DNA of 64,000 nucleotides from the human T2T-CHM13v2.0 reference genome, Homo sapiens: assembly GCF_009914755.1 (NCBI RefSeq), contig NC_060946.1. The stretch is one strand, 5' to 3'. The notes under the pieces are model-generated. The model was not told where the DNA came from, did no database searches, and saw nothing but the letters and a program-made list of their open reading frames with translations. Every line of letters starts with the position of its first letter. Position 1 is the first letter of the stretch. Below are positions 51,301-64,000 of the stretch, piece after piece. A program made the translations under genes and the position numbers.

Positions 51301-54300
51301 CATTTAGATGTGCAGGCCAGTTGTTTTACATCATGTTGGAAAAGAAATACTTTTATTTAAGTAAGGTCTAATTCACAAGCAAAGGCCCACAAAGGGTCAT
51401 CATCTTAAGCCCTGGAGTGATTCAGACGACTTTTACTGTAGGCTGTATTACTCTGTTACTCTTTTTTTTTTAAAAAAAACAGAATGAAATTCAGATGACT
51501 TGAAATCACATATAGTTGAAGGCGGTTGAGTAATGTGAACTTCATCTTTCCCCTGGAGTCTTATTTCTATTTACTGGACATTTCAAATGTTGGATCACCT
51601 ATTGCAAAGCTTGTCCTTTCAAAGTATTCATACAATATGATAGGAAGGTCTGAAACAACATTTTAAAGATTCTTTATAATTTTCTAGGAGCACTGACAGT
51701 CCTTAAAGGACATTTATGATACCGTTTATGACATTAATTCAGTACATAGTTGTAGAGCCATTTCTATGAGCCAGGCACGGGGTACTATGACAAACCCAGC
51801 CACAGCCCCTTCCTTCATGGAGCTTATAGACTAGTGTGAAATACAAAGATTTGAGCCAAGAAGGATGTTTGCTTTGAAGTGTATTTGCTTGAAGATTTTA
51901 TTTAACCACAAACAAATAGCGTTTGGATGACTTTTATTACTCTATATGCATAGAATATAGAATAATAAAGAATGAATATAGAATATAGCATAATGCATAG
52001 AACACATGATGTTTGGTGTTTTACAATAATTTGTTAGTGATTACCTTTGAAGAACTATCTAAACATAGTCTCCATGGTGATATGGTAGTTTGCATCTTTC
52101 TGTTTGTGTAGCCACCACATGTAATTGATCTTTAAAAATGTCCCAGTTTTCTTCTTTAGTGGACATGGAGTTTATTCGGTAATTGTTTAACTCCAATCAG
52201 TAAGTGATTGGTGGATAACTTGAAATACTCCTCTCCGTTTAGGCTGTAGAGTTTTCTGTGTCTTCACTGTCCTGTGCTCATAGCCTAATTTTGAACTGAA
52301 AAGTCCACGTTGAAAGCACAAATAGCCTTTAGAAAGAAAGTATTCCTTATTATTGATAGGAGTGTTTCTATGTGTAAGAAACAGTAGTGTTCTTGCTTCT
52401 TTTTCATTAAGGTACAAATTCAAAATGTAATTTGTTCTGACCTTTCAGTTATTATCTCATTCTTGGTCCAAGTTAACTTGTGCCAGTGACTTGAAGATGC
52501 AAGGAGTGCGTGTAGATGTCAATTCTTAGAAATGGATGTTCCGGTGAAATCAGTTTTGGACCTAGAATCTGCCAAAGCTGAGCATCATGAAATGCTTCGA
52601 ATCGAGAGCCTCATAGATCTCTCTGAGGTACAGGCAGTCCCAGCTTTTACACGCAATGGATTCTTAGAGACAGCCTCTTACAGTGTTTTCCCCAGTACAC
52701 CGGACTTTGCCAAACATCTGTTTGGACAAGGGTGGAAACTATCCGACGAAGGTGTCAAGGCTTGAGGAAGGGAAGCACAGGTCTTTTTCAGTCAGTGGCT
52801 GGCCAGCAAAGCAGTGAAATGCAAAGTAGTATTAAATAGCTAGCAGGACGCCTGGCCTCCCTAGGGTCCCTGGAGCCCTGGCAAGGGAAAGAGAAGTTTA
52901 ACGTCCATGATGTAATAATGTAATAACTGCCTTTAATTGAGAGCTCATCCTCTGTCAGGCAGTTGGCATAATTAGTTCATTTGTCCCCACAGTAGTTCTA
53001 CCAGGTGAGTTGCATTAGCTCCGTTTAACAGAAGGAGCAGACACTCAGGGAAGGTAAGGAGCTCAGCCCAGGTGACACCTGACAGTGGGAGAGGCAGGAG
53101 GGACGCCCAGGTTTCGCCCAGCTCGGGGTCTTTCCCCGCCCAGGCAGGGTCTTGCTGGGCTGCCCCACCAAAAACGAATACCAAACTCCCTCGCGTCTTA
53201 TTTTGCAAGGAATGGATGAAACTGCGATACTTTTTTATTTGGGGGAAAAAATCCTTTTTCGTACTCTCCCGATCAGCTACGAGTCCTCAGAGACTGATAG
53301 AGAATTCCTCTGGGACCTGCGAAAACGGTAATTATGAGTAAGTGAATAAGCAGCTTGTTCCTTATTTCCCATGAGCTTGAAGGTGAAATGCCTATTCTGT
53401 TTAACACAAGTCATGCAATCTTGCTGGTGTTAATGAGAAATTGTGTAATACACCATCTCACCCCCCAAGGCCTCAAAACAGGATTTCTACTGTCTTTTTA
53501 TTTAGAAAAGGGGCCACCTAAGCTGCCCTGTCTCCTTTTTATTTAAAAAAGGGGCAGCCTGAGCTGTCCCCTCCCTTGAAATTTTCATTTCTGGGAAAAG
53601 AGTAAAAGGGAAAAACAATATTTTTGGCTTTATTTGCAATAAAAATCACTTTCTCATTCACATAATCTTCCTTTGTTAGTACAGTCACATATCTGCGGAC
53701 CACTGTAGGTGAAAATGTAGGCTGTCTGCATGGCTATCATTGTCTCTTCTTATTCTCTGGACATTGGCAATGGGGAAATGGAAATGATTAATTTGGCAAC
53801 TTTTACTCTATTATTGCAAAATCATTTGTATGGTAAGTAATTTGCATGCAAATGGGACTGGATATCCCGGCCCCCCTCTGCTTCTCCTGTGTCTTACTTT
53901 TTTAATCTTCCCTTCCTATTTTTATCATTGATTAGAAGTTACAACCCCTGGGCCCTTTTTGATTGCTCTATGAGCCTAAAATGCAGAATAAGTAATAATG
54001 TGGCTCTTCATATCCTGTAAATGTTTCTTCTAATTTTGGAAGCCTTCTTTTGGGTCCTCTGCTTCCACTGGAGCATACACATATTTGAATACTTTCTATG
54101 TAGGACACTATATAGAGAGCCCATGGCGAATGCAGTGAAAATATTTTTGCGACATATTTTGTAAAATATTTTGTGATAGGTAGTTGGTAAAGGTCAGCTT
54201 GATCCAGCCTTGGACCTATACTGTTGTTTGCCACCATTTCCTTCTCCTGCAGTTTCAGGAGCAGAAAAAGATGCTAATGTGAAAATAGCCAGCCCAGACC

Positions 54301-55009
54301 TCCATCCTTAGTGCACCAGAAAGCCACTGTCATTGCTGGGCCCCTCGTTTTCCTGTGCCATCCCTACTACCTACCAAACTGTCATAGAAGAGAAGGTTCT
54401 AAATCAGAAGCCAGACATTAAGGATCTGATTCCACTGGCAGCTTGCTATGGGACCTCTGGAAGTCACTTAAATTTGCTGTATTTAGTTTCTCCATCAGTA
54501 AAATACATTATCTATTTCTTTCTGATTGTATAATGTCCCAATAAAAATCTGCCTTGTGAGCATTTTCTGTCTATGCAATACATTTGTAAATAATAGGAAA
54601 CATTAAAAATTACCCATATTGAATTTCAGACACGGATAACTCAAACAAAAAGATGAGAAGGAATATTAAAAGAAATGATTAAAAACACTTATACTATAGG
54701 GTTATTGTTGTTGAGATTATGTGTAGTATAAGATACAAGTACACCTTTAAAAAAGTACAACATAATAGCGAATATTAAGGCAGTCTTGCAAGTGCTGTGG
54801 TGCCATGTGCTCTGAGGGAGGAGGGAGTGGGTTTGGGAGGCAGGACTTCTGAAAAGCTGGATGATTGGCTGGAACAGAGAAGAGCAATTGTTGAGCCTTA
54901 GACTCATAAGTAGGTTGATTGCCCAGATTTCTCAGTTTTCCTCCTCTAGCTGCTTATTGTGGTACTGTGTGTCTAGAACCTTCTACACATGATACCTTAC
55001 TCACACTTT

Positions 55010-55723
55010 TTTTTTTAAAATTATACTTTAAGTTCTAGGGTACATGTGCACAACATGCAGGTTTGTTGTATGTATGTATACATGTGCCATGTTGGTGTGC
55101 TGCACCCATTAACTTGTCATTTACATTAGATATTTCTCCCAATGCTATCCCTACCCCTTCCCCCCGCCCCATGATAGACCCTGGTGTATGATGTTCCCCA
55201 CCCTGTGTCCAAGTGTTCTCATTGTTCAATTCCCACCTATGAGTGAGAACATGTGGTGTTTGGTTTTCTGTTCCTGTGTTAGTTTGCTCAGAATGATGGT
55301 TTCCAGCTTCATCTATGTCCCTACAAAGGACATAAACTCATCCTTTTTTATGGCTGCATAGTATTCCATGGTGTATATGTGCCAGATTTTCTTAATCCAT
55401 TCTATCATTGGTGGACATTTGGGTTGGTTCCAAGTCTTTGCTATTGTAAATAGTGCCGCAATAAACATACGTGTGCATGTGTCTTTATAGCAGCATGATT
55501 TATAATGCTTTGGATATATATCCAGTAATGGGATGGCTGGGTCAAATGGTATTTCTAGTTCTAGATCTTTGAGGAATCGCCACAGTCTTCCACAATGGTT
55601 GAACTAGTTTACAGTCCCACCAACAGTGTAAAAGTGTTCTTATTTCTCCACATCCTCTCCAACACCTGTTGTTTCCTTTTTAATGATCGCCCTTCTAACT
55701 GGCGTGAGATGGTATCTCATCGC
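55010..55723 (-). mobile_element. L1PA 3' end, 5'-truncated, antisense in GRK3 intron 1
   Basis: ttatactttaagttctagggtacatgtgcacaacatgcagg L1PA 3' end; TSD actcacacttt at 54999-55009 and 55724-55734. Confidence 0.93.
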
Positions 55724-56789
55724 ACTCACACTTTCTTGCTTGCTTGCTTTCCTCCCTTTCTTCTTTCCTTTCTGTCTTTCATCTATCCATCTATCCATCC
55801 CGTAGGCTCTGGGATGGTGGTATCAGTGCCTAAGAGTTGCAAGCCTGCTACTTAAATAGGTGTAACCAGGCAATTAGCAGAGTTGACTCATTCTTTAGAG
55901 GTTTTTGTTTCAGAAAAATGAACCAAAAATCATGATCTGAAAGCAGCTGGCTTCATTGTATTGTGCATAAGGTGATTCATTACAGTCTTTCTTAGACATT
56001 AACAGATTGTATATGAATAACATAGGATTGTAGTATCTCATGTTTGAAAAGATGTTGGGGGACATCCAATCTAGTTATGCTTTTTGATGAGTGACTTCCC
56101 TCTCTAATATCTAGCCACAGGCATCTTTGATGAGCATCTTTGGAAACTGTTGTACCAGAAAGCTCTCTTGTATTACCTTCTGTGCACTGGTCTCTTATTA
56201 TCCTTTTGTGGTTGTGAGAAACAAGTTTAGTTCCTCAAATGTGACAGATCATCAAATATTTGAAGGCAGCTCCTCTAGCTCAAGATGCCTTTTATAGGAA
56301 GCTGTCCCCAGCTCCTTTACTTATTCCTCATAATGCACACTGCTGTGTGTAATCTATGCTCATTAGTCTGAACATTACTGAGCTGAGTAAGAATATCAAA
56401 ATTTATGAAGACCAAAAAGAGATCTGTAAAATTATCATAATTAATTTAGTAATGGCAAAGCTAGTAATAAATTCTATTTCAAGTGTGTGATTGAGTCCCT
56501 CTGAAGTTCCATTTTAGGATTTGGTTCCTTGAATGATTCAAAATTCATTATACCAGTTTGCTTAGGGGATGAATATTTTCATTAGTCAGAGTTTGGAAGC
56601 CAGGTATGGGTTACATGTGTATTATGACAACAGCTGCCATTGCTGACTGCTAAGTAGGTACTAGGCACTGTATAATTCTTAGACAATTATGGACTAAAAT
56701 ATTTCAGGAAGAAAGTGAGCTTTAAATATGCAGAAAAAGGTCATAGGATATTAGGGGGTATGTTTCATATAGTCAAAAACATAAAATGA

Positions 56790-57135
56790 CTGTAATCCCA
56801 GCACTTTGGGAGGCTGAGGCAGGTGAATCACCTGAGGTCAGGAGTTCAAGATCAGCCTGACAAACATGGTGAAACCCCGTCTCTACTAAAAATACAAAAA
56901 TTAGCTGGGCATGGTGGCAGGCACCCACAATCCCGGCTACTCAGGAGGCTGAGGCAGGAGAATTGTTTGAATCCAGGAGGCAGAGGTTGCAGTGAGCTGA
57001 GATCGTGCTATTGCACTCCAGTCCGTGTGGCAAGAGCGAAACTCTGTCTCAAACAAAGAAACAAAAAAACCAACCAACCAACCAACCAACCAACCAAACA
57101 ACAACACCAACAACACCACCACCAACAACAAAAAC
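56790..57135 (+). mobile_element. AluS (Sp/Sq-like), slightly 5'-truncated, with (CCAA)n/(CAA)n tail
   Basis: Starts at ctgtaatcccagc; cataaaat flanks both sides. Confidence 0.88.
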
Positions 57136-57355
57136 CCATAAAATCCCATTGGCTGGGGAAGACAGCAAGTTTCTTCAATGTCAGCAATAAAACTTTCTTG
57201 AATAATATGCTGTTAGTATTTGTGCATTGTGTCATTAAGTCGGTCCATTGATCTTTATTATCTTGTTTGGATACTAATATGTCTGGTTATATTTTCAGGT
57301 GTATTTCTTGTAATTTTTTTTGTATCTTTATTGCCTTTGATAAAAGTTTAAATTA

Positions 57356-57672
<317 letters not shown>

Positions 57673-58690
57673 AAGTTGCATGGAATGGCATTTACACAGC
57701 TGTTAAATATTGCAGACTTTCATTTTCCTTTGTGAATGTCTAAGGCCGTGATGGTATTTTGGAAACATCTTTTTTAAAAAATATGAGGTATTTGGTGGTG
57801 GTGGCGGGGTCTATTCTCTATTTAAAATGGAACGAATCCTAATGGCTAAGTAAGATCAAGGGACTTTAATACACATCTTTAACCTGGTCCTACCTTTTTC
57901 AAGTGAATTTTCTTTGTCTTTTTTTATATTATGACACAGTAACTGGGAAGAGAATCATGCAATAAATATCGTCATCACCAGTAAGTCTAGAATAGCGTGC
58001 AAAATTTCTGTGCTATCTTTTTTTGTTCCATTTTGGACCTGCTTCTTTCTGTTTTGTTTCTAGTGGCAGTGGAGAAAAGCTTGTTTTTTATGCAAAACAT
58101 CCCAATAATATAGAAGAGAAAAATTGCACAATAGCAGTTTCTAAGCAATGAATGAGAGGACACGTATGTTGGTGACTTTGTTGTTTCTCTTCATCCCTCC
58201 AATAAATAAAACCGAGAGTTTTGTGGACAGGGATTTATTAGAGTTTCATCATTTAGTTGACTGGCTTATTAAATTCCACATGGAAAACTAGCTTGACTCT
58301 CCACATTTCTGTCCTTTAAGTAAGGTGACCTGCTTGATGCTGGATTGATGTTTCAAAATATTTTAAAAATTCAGGCTACTCTATAAGAAAAGCTTATTTG
58401 GAAACTCCTTCTTTTGAGATGAGAGTTCTAAGTGAAGCGTTATGGCCTATGGTTATGACTAGCTGGGGTAGCATAGATGATGGTGGAGCAGATAGAAACA
58501 GCAGGGCAAGTTTGAAGTGCTCAGTGGTGCTAGCCTTTCACAACCCTCTTTCCCTTACTTTCAGGAAACTTATGCTCTAGAACTAGGGTTTGAATTGGGT
58601 CAGTATTGAAATGATCTTAGTGAGAGGCCAACTTGCTGGACTTCTCTTCTAGATCTGTAGTTATAAAGGTTAGCTCATTAAACCCAGTGA

Positions 58691-58799
58691 CAGTAGATGG
58701 TCATTTATTTCGTGTTTATTACAGTGGATGGTCATTTATTTAGAGTTTAAGAAAACCCCATGGTAGATAGTCATTTATTTAGAGTTTAAAAAAACCCCA
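58691..58799. repeat. Imperfect triple tandem repeat (periods 31 and 39 bp)
   Basis: Core gat(g/a)gtcatttattt three times; copies 2 and 3 continue agagtttaa.aaaacccca. Confidence 0.85.
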
Positions 58800-60329
58800 C
58801 TAAGATTTGTAGATGATGTTTTATAGTTTTATATATATTAACTCTTTTTAGTTTTTACAATTATGCTTGGTAGCAGGTAGAAATTTTAAAAAGAAAAAAA
58901 TTACTCCAGATACATCCATGTGGAGACATTGAGAGGTATATTTTATCTGTTTGAGGACAGCTGGTTTTCTCCTTAGATACTAGTGTCTTGACTGTGGGGC
59001 AGGGAGTGGCTTTCAGCCTTCCAGACTCAGAAACTAGATTTTATTATGTCACTGTACTAAGCATCTGTCTCTTATTGTGAAACTCACATAATCAGCCAAG
59101 TCTGCCTGACTAAATTATTCTCTTCCTATAGGCCTCTGGTTCTTATTTTAAGATTAAAGACCCTTTTGAGAATCCTACTAAGTGAGAGCCTCCCCCTCCC
59201 AAAAGTGCGCTAACTCACTTACACAGATTTATCTGAAAAGCTACACTATAACTAGAATGTCCAGTTTGCTACATTGCATTAAACACTGGCTCCCACAGGA
59301 GCCTACGTGCCCAGCGTCTGTGTGGCTGGAGCTCTCTCTCGTGGGTCCCCCTTGTGGGAAGCAAAACGACCATCAGAAGGTGGTATAGCGAGCACAGACC
59401 CACAGTCGGATGAGTCAGATGGTTACTTGGGACCAAGTCACCCCTCCTAGGAGTGGCTTACGCTGGATGTCCAGTACCTGAAATCCCTGACTACAGTGGC
59501 TTTGGGACAAGTCATCTTTCCATATTTTCATGTTTCCCATTGTAATTGGTGGGCACACGTCCACTGGATTTGAGACTATAGTTCATGAAACCACTGCCAA
59601 AGCTGCCTAGACCAGAAACCTTTGCCATTTCTTGGCCATTTGTGTTATGTATTGATTTAAAGTTTTTATTCTCAGAGAGCAAGCTTTTTTCTTTATTTAG
59701 AGATTCTTGGAAATGGCTCTGTAATACTCATCATCTTATTTTAGAAGAAGGAAATTCAGGTTCAGGGAGAAGCTAATTGCTCAAGGTCGCGCTGATAACA
59801 AATGGTGCAGCTGAGCTTCAAATCCAGGTTTTCTGATTCCAAATTCAGCGTATTTTCAGAAAAACCTTCAGACTGTCTTTTTCCTGGTGAATCTTATTTT
59901 ATGAGGAGGGGGCTCATGGATTTGACTAGAGGAGCACTGTCAATTTCAGACGTTAGTGACACAATTTGAAAATGCATTGTATTCATTCAGTAAAGATTAT
60001 CCACTGCAGGGGTCTGAGGAAGTGCTCCAGTAGCATAATTTCACTGGCCATGTTAACTTAATAATAAATACATTAATAATTTCCTAGAAGAAAAGATGTC
60101 ATAGATTCCATGTTAACTAATAAGATTGTTATTAATAATGATGGCAGTGTTATAACTTGAGAAACCAACTAAGCTACATGTCATGAGTTCTTAATGTTTT
60201 CTTACCCCAAACATCTTTTTGTGATTTTAGGTGCATTCTTAATTAAAATTCATCTCCATGCCTGCCAGTTGGTAAATGAGTATCCTTGACTTGAACACGT
60301 TTGTCAGTTACTCTAGATACAATAAAGGA

Positions 60330-60673
<344 letters not shown>

Positions 60674-61574
60674 TAAATTGTGATGGAAAATTAATGGAGC
60701 GGGTTGCATATCTAACCCCTACCCAGAAAGGTTGTTGAGCTCAGCTTGGGACAGAGTTGTATTTGTCAGGAGCACATTAGTAAATCCACTTATGGCTTTT
60801 GCCTTCTTCACCTAGTAATGCACGTGGAGCTTTTCCTCGTCAGCAGTATATAGATCTGTTCAGTGTTTGGAATTGCTGCATGAGATGTCAGAACTCTGAT
60901 CTACTTGACCCTGTGCTCATAAGCCCAAGAGCAATTGCAGTGAATGTTCTTACATAGGTGCCTTTGGGTCTATGTGTGAGCCTTTCTCTAAGATAGACAC
61001 CTAGAAATAAGTAAGATATGGGCATAGTCTACTCTACGTAGAGCTGCAAAGAAATTCTAATTTTATTCAGAAGCTTTACTGTTAAGAGTAATATTATTTT
61101 TAGTTTGAAATTATTTCATATAAACAATTATTTCATATATATATTTGGGTAAAACAAAAAAGAATAATGTCATTTTTGGTTAGAACCAAGAATTTAAGTG
61201 TAAATGAAGAGATACATGAGTACAAGATAAGAGTTAAATAAAAATTCTGTAAGATCAAATTTGAATTGGAAGGTTATTTGAAATTCATGATTTTTTTTTC
61301 AAATATGTGTGCTTATCATCCCCAGTCTTTAAAAAAATCGAAGAAACAATTGCATTTCCATCACATAGGCACCTCATACACCTGCGCCTGACTCCAGGTG
61401 TGGGTGAGATGAGCCTGGACCCTCTGTTACCTGTTGTATCAGAAAAAAAAGGAGCCATCCAAGAAATGTGGTGGGCACCTTCGCTAACAAACTCTGAGGC
61501 CAGAAGAAGGGGTTTCCACTGGCTAAAAGTGAGACACCCTGAACATCAAAAGAATATGACTGATACAAACCCCC

Positions 61575-62077
61575 TGTGGTGGGCAGAATGATGCCCCCCT
61601 GAAATATCCACATCTTAATCCCCAGAACCTATGAACATGTTATGTTATATGACAAGGGGGCGTTAGGGGTGTAGGTGGCATCATAGCAGCTAAGGTGCTG
61701 AGTTTAAGATAAAGAGATTATCCTGGATTATCTAGGTGGGCCCTAGTGTTACCGCCAGGGAGGCGGAGAGTTGGTGTCAGAGCGATGCAACATGAGAATG
61801 AGTCAACCAACCACTGCTGGCCTTTTGAGGAAGGAGGAAGGGGCCATGGACCGAGGAATGTGGGCAGCCTGTAGAATCTGGAAAAGGCAAGGAAATGGCC
61901 TGTCCCTTACAGCCTCCATGTGAGACCGCAGTCCTACTGACACTCTGACCGACCTCAGCCCAGGGAGGCCCATTTCAGACCTCTGACCTGCAGATCTGTA
62001 AGAGAGTCAATTTCTGCTTGATTTAAGCCACCAAGTTTGTGGTAATTTATTATGGCTGCAATAACAAACTAATAACA
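61575..62077 (+). mobile_element. MLT1D MaLR LTR within old L1MC/ME sequence
   Basis: tgtggtgggcagaatgatgcccc...gagattatcctggattatctaggtgggccc...aagccaccaagtttgtggtaattt...actaataaca. Confidence 0.8.
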
Positions 62078-62308
62078 AAGCATGAGTTTGTGGATATCTC
62101 ATGCTATCCACAAGAGATCCCCAAACAAGACAGAAGAGAACACCTCATTGATCACCACCAGCAGTAGAACCAAGGCACCTACTCTGTCTCTGAATAGTGG
62201 CAATTGAAAAGGTAAAGAATTAAGCATTTATCCTGCCTTTCCTGTAAAAACTGCTTCTTAGGGTATTTAGAACCCTAGTTGATGGTTGGGGTGGCAGGAC
62301 AGGAATTC

Positions 62309-62922
62309 TTTTTTTTTTTTTCTTTGTGACACGCTCTCGCTCTGTCACCCAGGCTGGAGTACAGTAGTGGTGTGATCACAGCTCACTTCAGGCTCAACCT
62401 CCTGGGCTCAACTGATCCTCCCACATAGCTGGGACTAAGGGCACATGCTACCATGCCTGGCTAATTTTTTTTTTTTTGGTAGATATGGGGTTTCGCCATG
62501 TTGCCAAGGCTGGTCGAGAATTCTTGGGCTCAATGATCTGTTCACCTCAGCCTCTCAAAAAGTTGGGATTGCAGGCTTGAGCCTCTGTGCCCGACCAATG
62601 AATGAGGGGACTTCTTTTTTTATTTTTATTATTTTTTTTTTGAGATGGTGTCTCACTCTGTCCCCCAGGCTGGAGTGTAGTGGCATGATCTCAGCTCACT
62701 TCAAGCTCCATCTCCCGGGTTCACGGCATTCTCCTGCCTCAGCCTCCTGAGTAGCTGGGACTACAGGCACCCACCACCACACCCGGCTAATTTTTTGTAT
62801 TTTTAGTAGAGACGTGGTTTCACCGCGTTAGCCAGGATGGTCTCGATCTCCTGACCTCGTGATCTGCCCGCCTCAGCCTCCCAAAGTGCTGGGATTATAG
62901 GAGTGGGCCACCGAGCCTGGCC
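62309..62922 (-). mobile_element. Two antisense Alus (AluJ 62309-62596; AluY/Sc8-like 62612-62922)
   Basis: Two dimers; the second has TSD gaggggacttcttt. Confidence 0.88.
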
Positions 62923-63680
62923 GAGGGGACTTCTTTACAGAAGAATGGCAGCAAATTAATGTGGAAGGAATGGCGAAATTTTAAAAAAATCCCCATTTTG
63001 CAATTCTTAATGAAAATATTGATTTAGGCAAAGATCATCAATGTATGATATCGCTAAATGAAAGATTGATGGGGAATTTCAGATGGAGAGATCAGACTAT
63101 CACCAACTGAATTTTCTAAGTAAAATTTGCATCACTAGGATGAAATAACTGTGTACCCCCTAATGTGAGGCAATATAAGTACCAAAACCATCTCAAAAGT
63201 ATTCCTGCCCCCAAATGGTGGACTTGAATATGATCAAGCCTTTTGAGGTAACTTTCAGTTTATAGGAAATATGGAGAGAGAGGAACAGTGAAAGACCTTA
63301 TAGGGAAGCAACAGACAGAAAGGGCATCCCCCATGATGGCTTCCTCGGCTTCCTCAGGGGGTCACTGCAGATAAAGGTCAGGGGTGGGGACAGTCAGGTA
63401 CTCTCCCTGTCTGCCTTAAATCCCAGAAGAGATTTAAGAGATGGCGCTATCAGATGAATGTGTGGATCTTGGTTAGATCCAGATTGAAACCCACCAGCTA
63501 TACAAAAGACACTTGAGTCATGGAAATGTGGTTAGAGACTGGGCATTGGATCTTCAGGAATTATCAATTTGAAGGGGGAGTTGGGAAGTGATAATAGACT
63601 GTGTTTATATGAGAAAATTATCCATAATTTTTAGAAATGCAAACTGAAATAGGCTAAAACGACATGTGGTCTGAGATTTG

Positions 63681-63952
<272 letters not shown>

Positions 63953-64000
63953 GAGATTTGTTTTAAAATGCTTTAAAAAATAAAGGTGGGATAAGTCGAG

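Overview
Primate, very likely human, genomic DNA. The only protein-coding sequence I can support is the first coding exon of GRK3 (ADRBK2, beta-adrenergic receptor kinase 2) at 48192-48304 (+), inside a TATA-less CpG-island promoter. From the known location of GRK3, the window is on chromosome 22q11-q12. The first ~47 kb are repeat-dense upstream DNA (Alu, L1, MIR/L2, MaLR/ERVL/ERV1 solo LTRs, Tigger2a, MER1A, MER5, MADE1, microsatellites). The last ~15.7 kb are the start of GRK3 intron 1. Almost all supplied ORFs are repeat-derived or GC-rich noise. I found no convincing new multi-gene system. The most interesting signals are: (1) a cluster of non-B/secondary-structure motifs in the GRK3 promoter and 5'UTR (exact 21-nt homopurine mirror repeat, 28-bp near-palindrome, 14-bp GC stem before the ATG); (2) an atypical tail-less L1 ORF2 fragment with a perfect 17-bp duplication and a fold-back junction; (3) a ~55-nt near-perfect hairpin in apparently unique DNA; (4) a decayed coding-like segment near 3.1-3.4 kb; (5) splice signals for a divergent antisense transcript. 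Repeat subfamily calls come from remembered consensus sequences and need RepeatMasker/Dfam confirmation; some boundaries are approximate.
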